20,000 nt of DNA from Peribolospora baueri (lineage: Eukaryota): assembly GCA_029717555.1 (NCBI GenBank), contig JAMDHS010000106.1, positions 45,473 to 65,472 of the forward strand, given 5' to 3'. The notes under the pieces were generated by a model. The model ran no database searches. It saw only the letters and a program-made list of their open reading frames with translations, and was not told the origin of the DNA. Positions 1 through 10,828 of the stretch are shown here, piece after piece. Every line of letters begins with the position of its first letter. Within the stretch, counting starts at the first letter, position 1. Both the position numbers and the translations under genes were made by a program.

Positions 1-2045
1 TCCAGCTCGAGTGGCGGCCTGCCCACGTCCAATACTCAAACATGGCTCTATACGGTGGCTTGGTCGTCGGAGCCGCGTTCTGGGGGTTGACCGCTGACTT
101 CATAGGGTAAGTCCTTCCCCTCCCGAGACAAACTGCATTCTGACCTCTGGTTTCCGGAGTGATGTCTGACTGGAAAGCCACCGCCTGACACCCACCTTTC
201 CTCGTCGCGACAGCCGCAAGGTATCATTTTCCCTGACACTCCTACTCTCTTCCATATTCGGAGTGTTGGTGTCTGTTGCTACGAACTTCAACGGTTTCTC
301 AGTCATAATCTTCTTCCTGGGAATTGCCGTAGGTGGCAACCTGGTGCGTGATGAAACATCCTTTGGCTCCAGCATCGATAGCTACACATCTGATTCGCCC
401 CATACGTCCCTCTCCGTCATCTTGGTTTTATAGCCAGTGGATGGGGCGCTCTTCCTGGAGTTCCTTCCGGCCAGCAAGCAATGGTCGCTCGTCTTCCTGA
501 GCACATGGTGGAGCCTCGGCGCCCTGGTGTCCGCCTTGGTGGCTTGGCCTTTCATGGAGAACTTTGTGAGTTTTCATCCACACCGTGTCTATCCGCCATG
601 TATGCTTTCTGCGCCTGTGTTGAACAAGCTCGCTTTTCTTATTGTTCCTCATCTGTGCCCTTTGACAGTCCTGCATGCAGTCCGACCAGTCTTGTTCCCC
701 AAAAGACAATCTCGGCTGGCGCTTCACTTTCATGACCCTTGGGCTGCTCACACTGCTCATATGGATTGCCCGCTTCTGGCTCTTCCCTATTCCTGAGTCC
801 CCCAAGTTCCTCGTCGGGAAAGGTCGAGACAGCGAAGCAGTCGAAGTCATCGCCACCGTCGCCCGGCAAAATGGAACAAAGACCTCACTGACGCTGAAGA
901 AGATGCAAAAGGTAGCCGGAGACGAGTGGCTGATTGTAGACTCGGAGGACAAGCTCCATGCCCATGAGGATGAGGATGCAGCGAGTCCCAAGTCGCCATC
1001 GGGCACGGCACCAGAGATGGCTTTTGACGAGGCGGTGGATTCGGCGCCAATAAGCAAGATGGAGATTCTCAAGCGCAGCTTGTCCACCTTCAGTTTTGCA
1101 CACTTCAAAGGTCTCTTTGGAACAACCCGGATGGCGGTCAACACCACACTGCTCTTCGTCATTTGGGGTAAGTCGGTCTCCTGATATACCTCGGTGACGC
1201 GCCCTCTTCCGGAGACTAAGGTTTCGACTTTCATTTCCGCACAGCTCTTATTGGCTTGGCATACCCTCTTTATAACGCCTTCATTCTCATCTACCTCCAG
1301 AAGCTTGGTGACGACAATGGAAACGGAAGACTTAAGGCATACTGGCAATATGTTATCATTACCATAGCCAGCCTGCCAGGCAGTTTCATTGCTAGCTACC
1401 TTGTGAGTACCACTGCTCTTTCCTATCTTCTCGCTATGGCAGCTACGTCTACGTCGCTAACCGACTATTTTTGCTATACGCACTTGCAAGGTCGAGACAC
1501 GCAGCTTCGGCCGGAAAGGTACGCTGGCGCTCTTCACAGGCTGCACCAGTATCTTTTTCTTCCTCTTCACCATTGCCCGAACGCCAACTACCATCGTCGT
1601 CTTCAACTGCTTAAGCGCCTTTGCCCAGCAGGGCATGTACGGCGTGTGAGTATTTGCTGCGCAGTTTTTGAGTCCCACGCAATCTGAGCCCCGAGTACAA
1701 GGGACTTCTAGTTGAAAAGTACGCCTTCTGCCACTCTTGCCGACCAGGCTTTACGCCATGACCTTCGAAGCGCTGCCTACAAGACATCGAGGCACTGGCG
1801 AAGGCGTTGCCATGGCCATCAATCGGATCATGGGTATGATGGCGTCGTTGATAAGCACCAAGGCGGGTTTGGACCCTACGACGTGAGTTCGGTTGGCAAA
1901 GTTCGTGAAATGAGTGACCCCTGGTTGACGGGCATCCATCCTTTGCCTTCCCAGCCCAGTATATATTTCCGCTTCTGTCATCATGGCCGCAGCCTTCCTA
2001 GCAGTCCTCCTGCCGTACGACGGCAGAGGCAAGCCTGCGCTGTAA
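1..2045 (+). CDS. MFS transporter, SV2/SVOP-like fungal family; 5' end lies outside the window. Exons <1-106, 214-343, 434-565, 669-1167, 1245-1402, 1491-1645, 1748-1882, 1955-2045
   Basis: Seven GT..AG introns (72-107 nt) join in phase. The spliced product reads GLVVGAAFWGLTADFIG|RK (MFS motif A), GGNL|PVDGALFLEFLP, GWRF..PESPKFL, LAYPLYNAF, FGRKGTL, MYGV|LYAMTFEALPTRHRGTG and ends LLPYDGRGKPAL*. Many hydrophobic segments. Substrate unknown. Confidence 0.93.
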
Positions 2046-2129
2046 TACCTCTGTTGCATCTCTCTACCGCCGACCAGAAGCGCCACCGCCCATGGGTGGA
2101 AGTCCATACAGATTGCACAGACGAATAGG

Positions 2130-5100
2130 TCACATGACACCTTCAGGATCCATCGCTCCTGCCGAAAGACACAGGTTGCGAGGCGTGAAATGAACGTTGA
2201 CGATCGGTGTTCTCTTCGTCCTGAAGGTTGCCAAGAGATCGTTGCTGTAACACGAAGCCGAGAATCTTAGCTTCACATTCACATCCGAGAGACTAGAACG
2301 CCAAGCAGCTAGTTGGATCTCACCTTGGCACAGGCTCGTCCGCGTTGCTTTGTTGAGACCTCTTCGAGAACGGAATCGCGCTACCTGCAGCTCCCAATCC
2401 AGCAGCAGCCTCGTTCAAAGTACCCTCGTGACCATGCCCGCTGCCCCTCCTCTCCCCTCCGGCGGTCCCGACGTCCCAACATCGTACCGTGCAATCTGCA
2501 CTCCCAGAGACGAGAAGGGAGCTTTCAGCAGAAAAGGCCAGCGAGTAGATGGATCTTGCGTGTCCAGTCATCTTTTTGACTCTTCGGCCGCTGCCGAGGT
2601 CCCACAGGTTGATAGAAAGGTCTTCGGATGCAGAAGCCAGATACCGCCCATCGGGGGAGACGGCAAGGGCGGTTATGGCTCCGGTGTGGCCCACAAAGAG
2701 TCGCACGCAGGTACCTCGCTGCACATCCCAGAGACGGCAGGTGCGGTCGGCGGAGCCGGTGGCGAGATAGAGACTGTTAGGGTGGAATTTTAGGCACTGA
2801 GGCAGAAATGGGAGAATGAACATGAGTGTAAGAAGGGTAAGAAAGCTTTCGAACCGTCCCTCCATCACCTCACCTCGACATCACTCAAATGTCCCGCAAA
2901 CATCCTTAGCGGAGCCACCCTTTCGGTACTCCACAGCCTCGCCGTTCGATCTCGGGATCCGGTAGCGAAATATACGCCCATTGGGCCCCACTGGACATCC
3001 CACACCGGATCTTGATGGCCCCGGTAGACCACGAGACTGCTCATGGTGTCCAAGCTCCATAGTCGCGTCGTGCCGTCCTGAGAACAAGACAGGAGATGCC
3101 GGGGCGATGTCGCCGAGCCGCCCAAAGGATCGAAGGAGACCCCATATACGGGCCCAGAGTGGCCAACAAGGCGACGCGTCGTGGACCCGTCCTTTTCGCG
3201 GTACTTGCGGAGAGACTTGGCTGTGATCAACAAAATCAGCCGGATTTCGGATGAGTTCATGCGCCTCATCTCTGTCAAAAACGACGTCCTACATCAGAGA
3301 GGCGATGCGTACCATCTCGCACGTTCTGCATATTGAAGTCACTTCGCAAACCTCGTAGTCTGTCGCCCTTCAAGCTCCATAACTGGATGTAACTCTCCGA
3401 AAAACCGCCTGCGATGAGTGACACGTCGTCAGAGAATGTCGCGCAACACAGCCTGCCACGTGAGAGAGGAAAGGAAAGGAAGGCACGTCAGCTCGACCAT
3501 GCGGCTCAATTGTTCCAGGAAAGCGGAGGCATCGAATGAAATCACTAACCCATCGCCAGCGTCGTGGAACGTGTACTGACACACGCTCGGCAGCGCGGCG
3601 ACGCCTTTACTGCCGGTCTCCAATCCTTGCGCGATTTCTCCTCCCTCGAGCAAGCCAGGATCGAGCCTGATGCGCTTACGGGCGTCCCGCACTTTCTCCA
3701 CCTCCCTTCTGACATCGACGTTTCGGAAGGAAGAGGGAAGAGGAAGCATGTCGCTGGGGAGGGGAGCTGTCAGGCCCAAGTGAGCAGCTTCTGGAGTAGG
3801 GGCAGGAGAAGCACTAGACGTTTCGCCGGGAGGCTGAGAAGCTCGGCCTTCGTCGGCGGAATCGGAAGGCTCCGGCTTCACGCTTGGCTCGCCTTCCTTT
3901 GCACCTTCCTTCTCACCCTCCTTCGGCTCGCCAGTGCTCTCCACGCCCTCCATTTGCGTTACAGCTTCACAGCCCTCAGCGCTTGCACCATCATCCTGCG
4001 CTGCTTTTTCACCAGCCGCCTCCTTGGCCTTCTCTCGACGCTCGTCATCCCGCAGAGCTCTCTCCACCTCGTCTTTCAGCTTTTGATTCATCGGTGCAGG
4101 CCCAAGCTTGAGAGTTTGCCCGGGCACTCGCGCGTTAAACGCGTCGGGGTCGGTCGCTACGCCGGTGTAAGCTCGGGCGCCGGATGAGGTGACGATGTGC
4201 GAGGGGCCAAGGGCAGTCAAGCCTGTGCCTTCTTCTAACATGGCCAGATCGAGGGCGGTTGGCCGGATGGAAAGAACTAGCGAGAATGGAGAGCAGGAGA
4301 ACCGGATCAACGCGGCAAGCACGTATAGGAGACAATGAGATCCTCCGCTCACCTTTCATCTGCACCCTTTCATTCAAGATGCCCAGAATCACTTTCCTCC
4401 CTCTCCGCCCCGCCTCACCCACACCAACGCCGTTTTCTTCGATCGATTCGGTGGCGCCGGCACCAGCCACGGGACCGGCGCCATCTGTGAGCCAACCCAT
4501 GAGGAGATCGAGCACCGTCTTCGTCATTTTGATGACGTACTTCTCGTTCCGAAAGCGTTGAACAATCTCGTCGCTCTGGACATGAAAGGGGAGCTGCACA
4601 GCGGAGAGATGGGCAAGCAAGGCTTGGTGTGTCGGTGCAAATTGGCCTGCGTGACCTTGAAAGAAGGCGGATGCTGGAAGAAAGACGGGAATTTCGGCAA
4701 ATTAGCCAGCAGTCCACAAGCCGAGACCAAGATAGATAAAGAGTTGGCCCTCGAAACATTTCTCACCAGCTTCCCGCAAACCGAGGTCGACCAAGTCAAT
4801 GTAAGCATGGATGAACAAAGGGAGTAATACTGGCCGAAGCTGGGGCTATGAAGGGAAACGAGCCGGTGCCGATCGACTGTCAAAATGTGGGACCCCGCAC
4901 GAGGATAACTTGCATGCAGCGCGAGACTCACCCGATAAATATCAAGGCTCCCCTCGATCCACTTCTCCAAAGCGCTCCATCCCCTCGCCCTATCGGTGGG
5001 GTCCAATAACAGTGCGTTCGCAGCGGCGGTAGCGCCCGGCCCATCCTTGTAGGTGTCGAGCAAACTCTCACTCGAAGGCAAATTGGCCTGTGGCGCGCTC

Positions 5101-5399
5101 TTGGATGCCAAGTCGGTCAGGCCCATCGTGCGAGGCCCGGCACCCACTTCCCCATCCGCACCCTCAACGCGTACGCCGCCGTAGAGCTCGGCCCTAAGCG
5201 CCGCCTCTGCTTTAGTATAGCCGCGCTTCTTAAGGTACTCGAGCACCGTCTCATTTGCGCTGGGGCCAGCAAGCGAAGGGCCCGAAGCAGATAGATTGGT
5301 AGGCTCGGCGCCGGCACCAGATCCGGAAGCGCTGCCCTCTGCTGCGGAGGCCGAGGGTGGCGCTGAGACGGCCGCGGTATTCGCCTCTTTGGACGTCAT
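2130..5399 (-). CDS. TAF5: TFIID/SAGA subunit Taf5, about 889 aa. Exons 5399-4932, 4845-4767, 4673-4353, 4276-3550, 3452-3313, 3220-2874, 2796-2324, 2244-2130
   Basis: LisH-like motif (VLEYLKKRGYTKAEAALRAE) and NTD2-type segment (WIEGSLDIYR|PQLRPVLLPLFIHAYIDLV). WD40 repeats: LVGHSGPVY, YRGHQDPVWDV, FATGSRDRTARLW, FHPNSLYLATGSADRTCRLWDV. Typical C-terminus LLATFRTKRTPIVNVHFTPRNLCLSAG. Seven in-phase GT-AG introns of 76-97 nt. Confidence 0.96.
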
Positions 5400-5802
5400 G
5401 ATGGATGTTTAGTCGGGCGACGGAGTAGCAAAGGCCTGATCTGGAGCTTCTTGGCACGCCCTTTCCGGGTCTGCAAAGCCGTAATCGCACCTCCAGAAAA
5501 CCTTGATCCGGCAAAAAGAACCAAACAGAGACCAACGAGTGAGATGGCAGATGGATGGATGGTCGGATGGGTGTAGTGAACCGTCCGGACGCGGTTGAGA
5601 AGGAGCGCTTGACAATAACCGATCGGACGGCACGTGATCATAAGCTGGCCGCAGCTAGACTTTCAACTTTGGTATTCAGATTCACCACGAATCTTGCGGT
5701 GGAGCAGAGCTCATGCTTACGATTGCCTTGCACCTGCTCCTTTGCTCTCAAGCATTCCCCATCTAGTAGGACGTGTGCCCCCTGCTGCATCCATAGCTGG
5801 GC
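5400..5802. promoter_or_regulatory. Compact divergent promoter region between TAF5 and the UPF0656-like gene
   Basis: 403 bp between head-to-head start codons. Contains GCACGTGA (E-box core) at 5630-5637. Function inferred from position only. Confidence 0.6.
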
Positions 5803-7968
5803 ATGGCGAGAGGAAGAGGACGATCAGGGCGCGAGCGCGGAGAGAAACCCGGAAAGGGGAAGGGGAGGCATGAGCCGATTTACGATACACACGATGAGGC
5901 GCTTGAGGGTGGGATCGAGGCGGAGGAGAAAGGGGAGAGGTGGGCGATCGGGGCCAAGGTGAGCAGGCCGTCTTCGTCTCTCTATGGATTAGGAGCATGG
6001 TCACAGCGGTGTGGACAAGGGATGTGACCATTTCCGCGGCCGTGTTGACGCATTTCTCTGCTTGCTGATCGCAGGCGCGCCGGTTTTACGAGAAGGCCTA
6101 CGAGTTGTACCGGCGAGCAGCTTCGTTCTCGGAGACGCCGGACAGCCTCTACAATGCGTGAGCGACTCGGTTTCCTGAACTGGAAAAGGATGAGGAGCGA
6201 ACCAGCATGTGTACATGCGACTAACTAAACCTGCCTCGACACTGCACATAAACATCGCAGCGCTCGCGTCCTCTACCTCCTCTCCACGGCCTTCTACCTC
6301 GCCCCATCCGGTCTCTCTACCTTGAAGGAGTCTATTTTCCTCTACCGTCGCGCCTCATCTTCCCTCCTATCCACCACCCTCTCCGAACCTTCCAGTCAGG
6401 CGACACAGGGACAAGCAGGTGCTCCCACAGAGTTTGGAACCGACATTACCTTCAACCTAGCTACGGCTCTTCAGACGCTCGGCGAGTGGATGGACGAGCT
6501 CGAGTTGAGGGAAATGAACACAGTAGATTCGGGTTTTGGCTTGACACCGAAGGAGCTTTTGCTAGAAGCTGCGAGGCTGTTTGAGCAGGTCGCAAGGGAC
6601 CAATACGCGTTGGTCACGTTTGACCGTGCGCCAGAGTCGGACTGTTCAGGAGGGAGCGACGACGGCATGTCCGAGATCTCTCCAGATACGGATTACAGTC
6701 ATCAAACTTCTGGCGCCGAGCCGAACGTTGGCTCTTCTTCGTCCGGTCCGACGGCTACGGCTTGGGAATCGACCCTCACTACACCGTCCACCATCCTTGA
6801 CACGCTGCTGTCCCTCCACTCTTGCGCTTCGTCGATATTGTCACTCGCGAACTCTCCCAGTGAGCTCAGCCAAGCTAAGGAGGCGGCGGCGACGGCCTTT
6901 GCGAGCGTGCAAGACCTCTACTCTGCGTATCCTCATTTGCAAGCTGAGCGCAGCGCGGAGGTCTCTCTGGCTGGAGAGACATGGCGGATCGCCGAAGCAT
7001 CGAAGGGCATCTCTCTCGGCCTAGCGGCCTCTGAGGACGCTTGGACGACCTTACGACAGGAGCAAAGCGCCGCTTTGGACCAGTTGGCCGCGATCGCAGC
7101 GTCTTCCGCCCCGGCGCTTGCTAGTTCCGCTCCGGGACAGCAGAACGACGCGGCTAAGGAGGCGAAGGAGTTTGCAATTCGCGTGCACTGTGAGCTCGGA
7201 GACGCGCGATCCACCGTCGCTTGGTCGATCTTCCGCCGAGCTCTTCAGTCTTCCCTCCAAAACACCCCCCCTCAAGAGGCGGACCTGGCGCTTGTGTGGA
7301 CGCTCGCCTCCCAATCCGTGCAAGCATACAACGCCGCCCTACAAGCCACGTCCGCCTCGCCCTCTTCGTCCACCCTCGTTGTCGGCTCATCCGGAACCAC
7401 GCCGACCTCACTCACCCGTTCCTCCATCCTCCGCTCCCTCTCCGTCGTATCCATCCTCCGCGCCCACCCACTCCTCGCGAACCTCCCCAAGGCGCAGGGC
7501 AAAATGGCGAGCCTGCTGGAAAACGCAAAAGTGTACGCGCGCAGGGCGTGCGAAGAGAGCGGGTGCGCTTGGATGTTCCGTGCGGGGACCGACTTTCCTT
7601 CTCATCAGATGGTCGCGCCCGCGTCTTTGTTTGCTGCGGGTCCTGAACCTCTGCGAGCGGCGTGCGATTCCGTCTTCCACCTCTTACGGGCCTACAGTTT
7701 CACCGAAGTGACCTCGGTCCCGAACGCCGACCCTGGAGCGGCTGGTGCTCCGCAACAGGGGACGGAAGTTCGGACGCTCGCACGGGTGCTCATGGCGATT
7801 TCGAAGGCGGAAGAAGCGGGCAGGTTAGCTGCGGGTCCGGGAGGGATTAGGAGGTGGGTAGAGGAGAGGGAGGAAGAGGAGGGCGAGTGGAGTGCGAGGG
7901 AGAGGGCATGGTGGAGTGCGCTGGCTGAGAGCGTCGAGGTAGATTTGCAGCGGCCTCCATCCGCTTGA
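5803..7968 (+). CDS. Conserved uncharacterised fungal helical-repeat (TPR-like) protein, UPF0656-like, about 648 aa. Exons 5803-5958, 6075-6157, 6261-7968
   Basis: Two GTGAGC..CAG introns join in phase to the long ORF. The spliced N-terminus is basic, then YDTHDEALEGGIEAEEKGERWAIGAK|ARRFYEKAYELY..DSLYNA|ARVLY, and later DITFNLATALQTLGE..LEAARLFEQV. From memory this resembles the S. pombe C926.02/UPF0656 family; not verified by search. Confidence 0.85.
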
Positions 7969-8552
7969 GTGACGTAGCCTGGGCGATGGATCGCGTCATC
8001 CCATACAAACAGCAGCGTCTTCGCTGACGGCGGCTGTGTCCTAAAGTGCCTCTGGAACCCACGTCTGCTTACGACCTGGACAGGTTGCTTGCCTGCCTAG
8101 TGTGTCGGACGCCTAGTCTCGTGATCGATCGCACGACGACGACGGGGTCCGCTCATCGGGCTCTGGGAGGCGTCGGTGGTCCGTGCGCGCATATTCATAC
8201 CCATACCCACTCCCAGCGGCAGCGGCTGCCAGCAAGAAGGCTGCCCCGTCCATGTACTCACTCGAGCATATATAGCACAGTCCGTGGGTGCGATTTGTCG
8301 GAATGAGCGGCGACAGAGCGTGAACGAAAGGGTGCTGGAGATATTTTTTTTTTTCGTGGCGAGCGCACCGGGTAGGTTGTAAGTGTCCGTTCGGTCCGGT
8401 CGTCGTGGCCACCATCCGCTCTCTGCCGCTTCGTTGTTCATCCGTCTGTCCCCCGTGGTCGCCAAGTGTCCGTCGTCCATATCACAGGAGGTGATCCTCG
8501 CTCCTCATCAAACGCCTGCCCCTCGCTTACTCTTTACCTTTGCCCCGCGCAG

Positions 8553-9788
8553 TCCAGACAAAACCAAGGTCTGGGTCCGTCTCCGACCCCGATTTGGCAA
8601 GTCCCGAGACGTCCGCGAACAGAAGAGCACGACACAACTGACGGATGGATGGGTACCCTTGTCCCACAACTCGATTACGGTCTATCCTTTGTGGAATCGA
8701 TACCGGCCATGCAAAGGAGGTTCCCGCTCGCTTTTGAATGCTACGAACCTGTTCCATTCGCTTGACTTTGTTTGTTCTCTTGCCGGCGTCCCCGTAACGA
8801 TGCCCACGGCGACTAGGCTCGCAGAGCGGGGCCGCCACTCGGAAGCACACGCCTTGCTGACCCGACTCACTTCGCGGACCCGTCCTCGGGGACAGCCGTC
8901 CGTCGTTGGCTGACCGTTTGTTTGGCTGCTCGGAAACCGCGTCGGCTTTTTCGGCAAGCTGGCTCGGTCCTGCGTGGATATATCCAGCGGAGATCACTCC
9001 GTTGGCGATACGCTCTCAGGCAGCGTCCTTGGCCACAGCCTCGGTGAGCCTTTGTCCCCGTCAGCCGTGAGATGATGTCGTAAATTTGACGACAAGGAAC
9101 GATTCTTGCCGTCGTGCCTTGCTCGTCGCGTAGGTGACTGACGACGGCGTCGACCGTATTGTCCCGCCCGCCTACCTTTGTCTGACGTCGGCAATGATGG
9201 ACGTTGCGTCGAAACCCGTTCATTCAAACGCCGGACGCGATAGGTTTGGATTTGGAACTTTCTTGTCGCGGTGAGCGCAAACGGTGACGCTGGCGGAGGA
9301 GCCGGGTCGCGCCCGGGAAGGTAAGGAGGAGGGGCACTGACAGACGGCGGCTCTCGCAGGAAATCACGCCGACAGCGCTGGCAAAGATTCATAACCGCTA
9401 CTTTATCGTCTTGGCCGGTGAGTGAGCGTCCGTCCCTCTCCCTTCCTTCCGTCCATCTAACCAAAACCTGACGTAATGAACGATTGAATGATGATGGGAC
9501 GCGACGCGACGCGACGCGACAAATGCATGCAATGCCTCATCCACCCCCACAACCTTCCTCCTATACCCCGAGACAGCGGGGCTAAAGCTGGAAGAGGTGG
9601 ACGAGCTGTTTGTGGATGGGGAGGTGCGCCTACGTCGGTCGTCTTGCGCCCGCTGCGGCCTGGACGAGGACGAGGACGGCGACGGCGTTGGCATCGTTGT
9701 GAGTGGCGGGCGAGGGGAGGGAGATTTGGAGGCGGTGGGGACGCGGGAAGGGAGTGTGGGGGTGGGAAGAGAGGATGTCAAGGTTTAG
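8553..9788 (+). pseudogene. Decayed sugar porter (Sugar_tr, STL1-like) pseudogene. Exon remnants at about 8568-8600, 8670-8741, 8817-8877, 8942-9043, 9244-9270, 9360-9417 and 9526-9788
   Basis: Collinear family motifs: GLG..PTPIWQ; LDYGLSFVES..QRRFPLAFE (cf. IDYG..WRFPIAFQ); LAERGRHSEAHALLTRL (follows PESPRW); FSASWLGPAWIYPAEITPLAIRSQAASLATAS|VWIWNFLVA|EITPTALAKIHNRYFIVLA|..CNASSTPTTFLLYPETAGLKLEEVDELF (PETKG motif). Introns 9044-9243 and 9271-9359 are intact. Other acceptors are lost, about TM7-9 is missing, and no start is visible. Confidence 0.88.
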
Positions 9789-9820
9789 CTAGCTAGGGCG
9801 GGCGACGCGGACGTGGGTCG

Positions 9821-9887
9821 TGAATGAATGGATGAATGAATGAATGAATGAATGGTTGAATGGTTGGAAGGATGGATGAATGGATGG
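9821..9887. repeat. Imperfect (GAAT/GGAT)n microsatellite
   Basis: TGAATGAATGGATGAATGAATGAATGAATGAATGG... read directly. Confidence 0.85.
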
Positions 9888-10828
9888 AAAAATGACCGCC
9901 CACGTCGTTCGTCATCTGAGAGACAAGCCTTCCGTCCACGACACCGACACCGACACGACACCGACGCACGAAGTCTTTTCCTTGGAGACGTCGTCGTCGT
10001 CTGTCCCCCTTGACGCATGCATGTCCGACCCGACCACAAACATGTACATACAGCGTGCATTTTGTGGACTATACGGACGGTCTCACCGTTGGCCCGACTC
10101 TTACCGTACCGTCGCTGAACAAGCGACGAGCGACGCTGGAGCCAAGCTAAGCTGTCCGTACGCCTGGAACCCGTGCACACGCGCGACGATAAATGAAAAC
10201 GGCCGACCGGGCCCGCTAGAGGCCCGACGACGCTGACCGTCCCGTCCCAGGCGCCGCGACGCAGAGCAGAGTTCGTGGCTCAGACAGATGAGGTAAGACA
10301 GCGCAGCTGTCGTTTAGCTCTGGCGTCGCCCACAGAGCGAAGAACATGACGGACGGACAACCACACACACACATACGAGCGCGCACGCAAAGCTTAGGGG
10401 TGAACGGGTGCACAAATACCGGGTTGCCGAGCGCCAGTCGGCAATAACATGGCCAGAGGGGAAAAGAGGGGAGGGAACGGAAAAGAAGGATTCGAACGAA
10501 CCGAACGGACCAAAATGGGACGGAGGGGGACGACGACCGAGGGCAGTGAAATAGGGATCTGGCCGAAACGAAGAGAACAAGACCAGCAAGTTGAATCGTT
10601 AAGTCGAAAGGAGGGAGAGCCGACCGAAGGAAAGCAAGCGAAGCATCGTCATCGTCATCATCACCGTTGGGACGGAGGTGCCATCGGAGATGGACGAGAC
10701 GGGCGGGAGGGAGAATGTGAAGGGGTATAGGGTATCGTCGCAAGGGGCCGGCGACGAAGAAGAGTTACCCCGAACGGGTGACGGTGGTTGGCCTTGGACG
10801 TCCTCCGTAAGACCCAGAGAGAGGGCGC

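Noticed and set aside
428..1348. 306-aa minus-strand ORF
   Set aside because: Antisense shadow of the well-supported spliced MFS gene.
2320..2323. Apparent TAF5 stop after ...EPVPR
   Set aside because: The TGA is part of the GTGAGA donor; the conserved C-terminus is on exon 2244-2130.
8685..8718. Hairpin TCCTTTG..CAAAGGA with a tRNA T-loop-like look
   Set aside because: No cloverleaf; it lies inside a decayed coding exon (YGLSFVES..RFP).
8975..8986. 12-bp palindrome TGGATATATCCA
   Set aside because: Encodes WIYP of the pseudogene, and several such palindromes are expected by chance in 20 kb.
9398..9781. Ser/Pro-rich minus-strand ORF as a small gene
   Set aside because: Better explained as antisense of the sugar-porter pseudogene's last exons.
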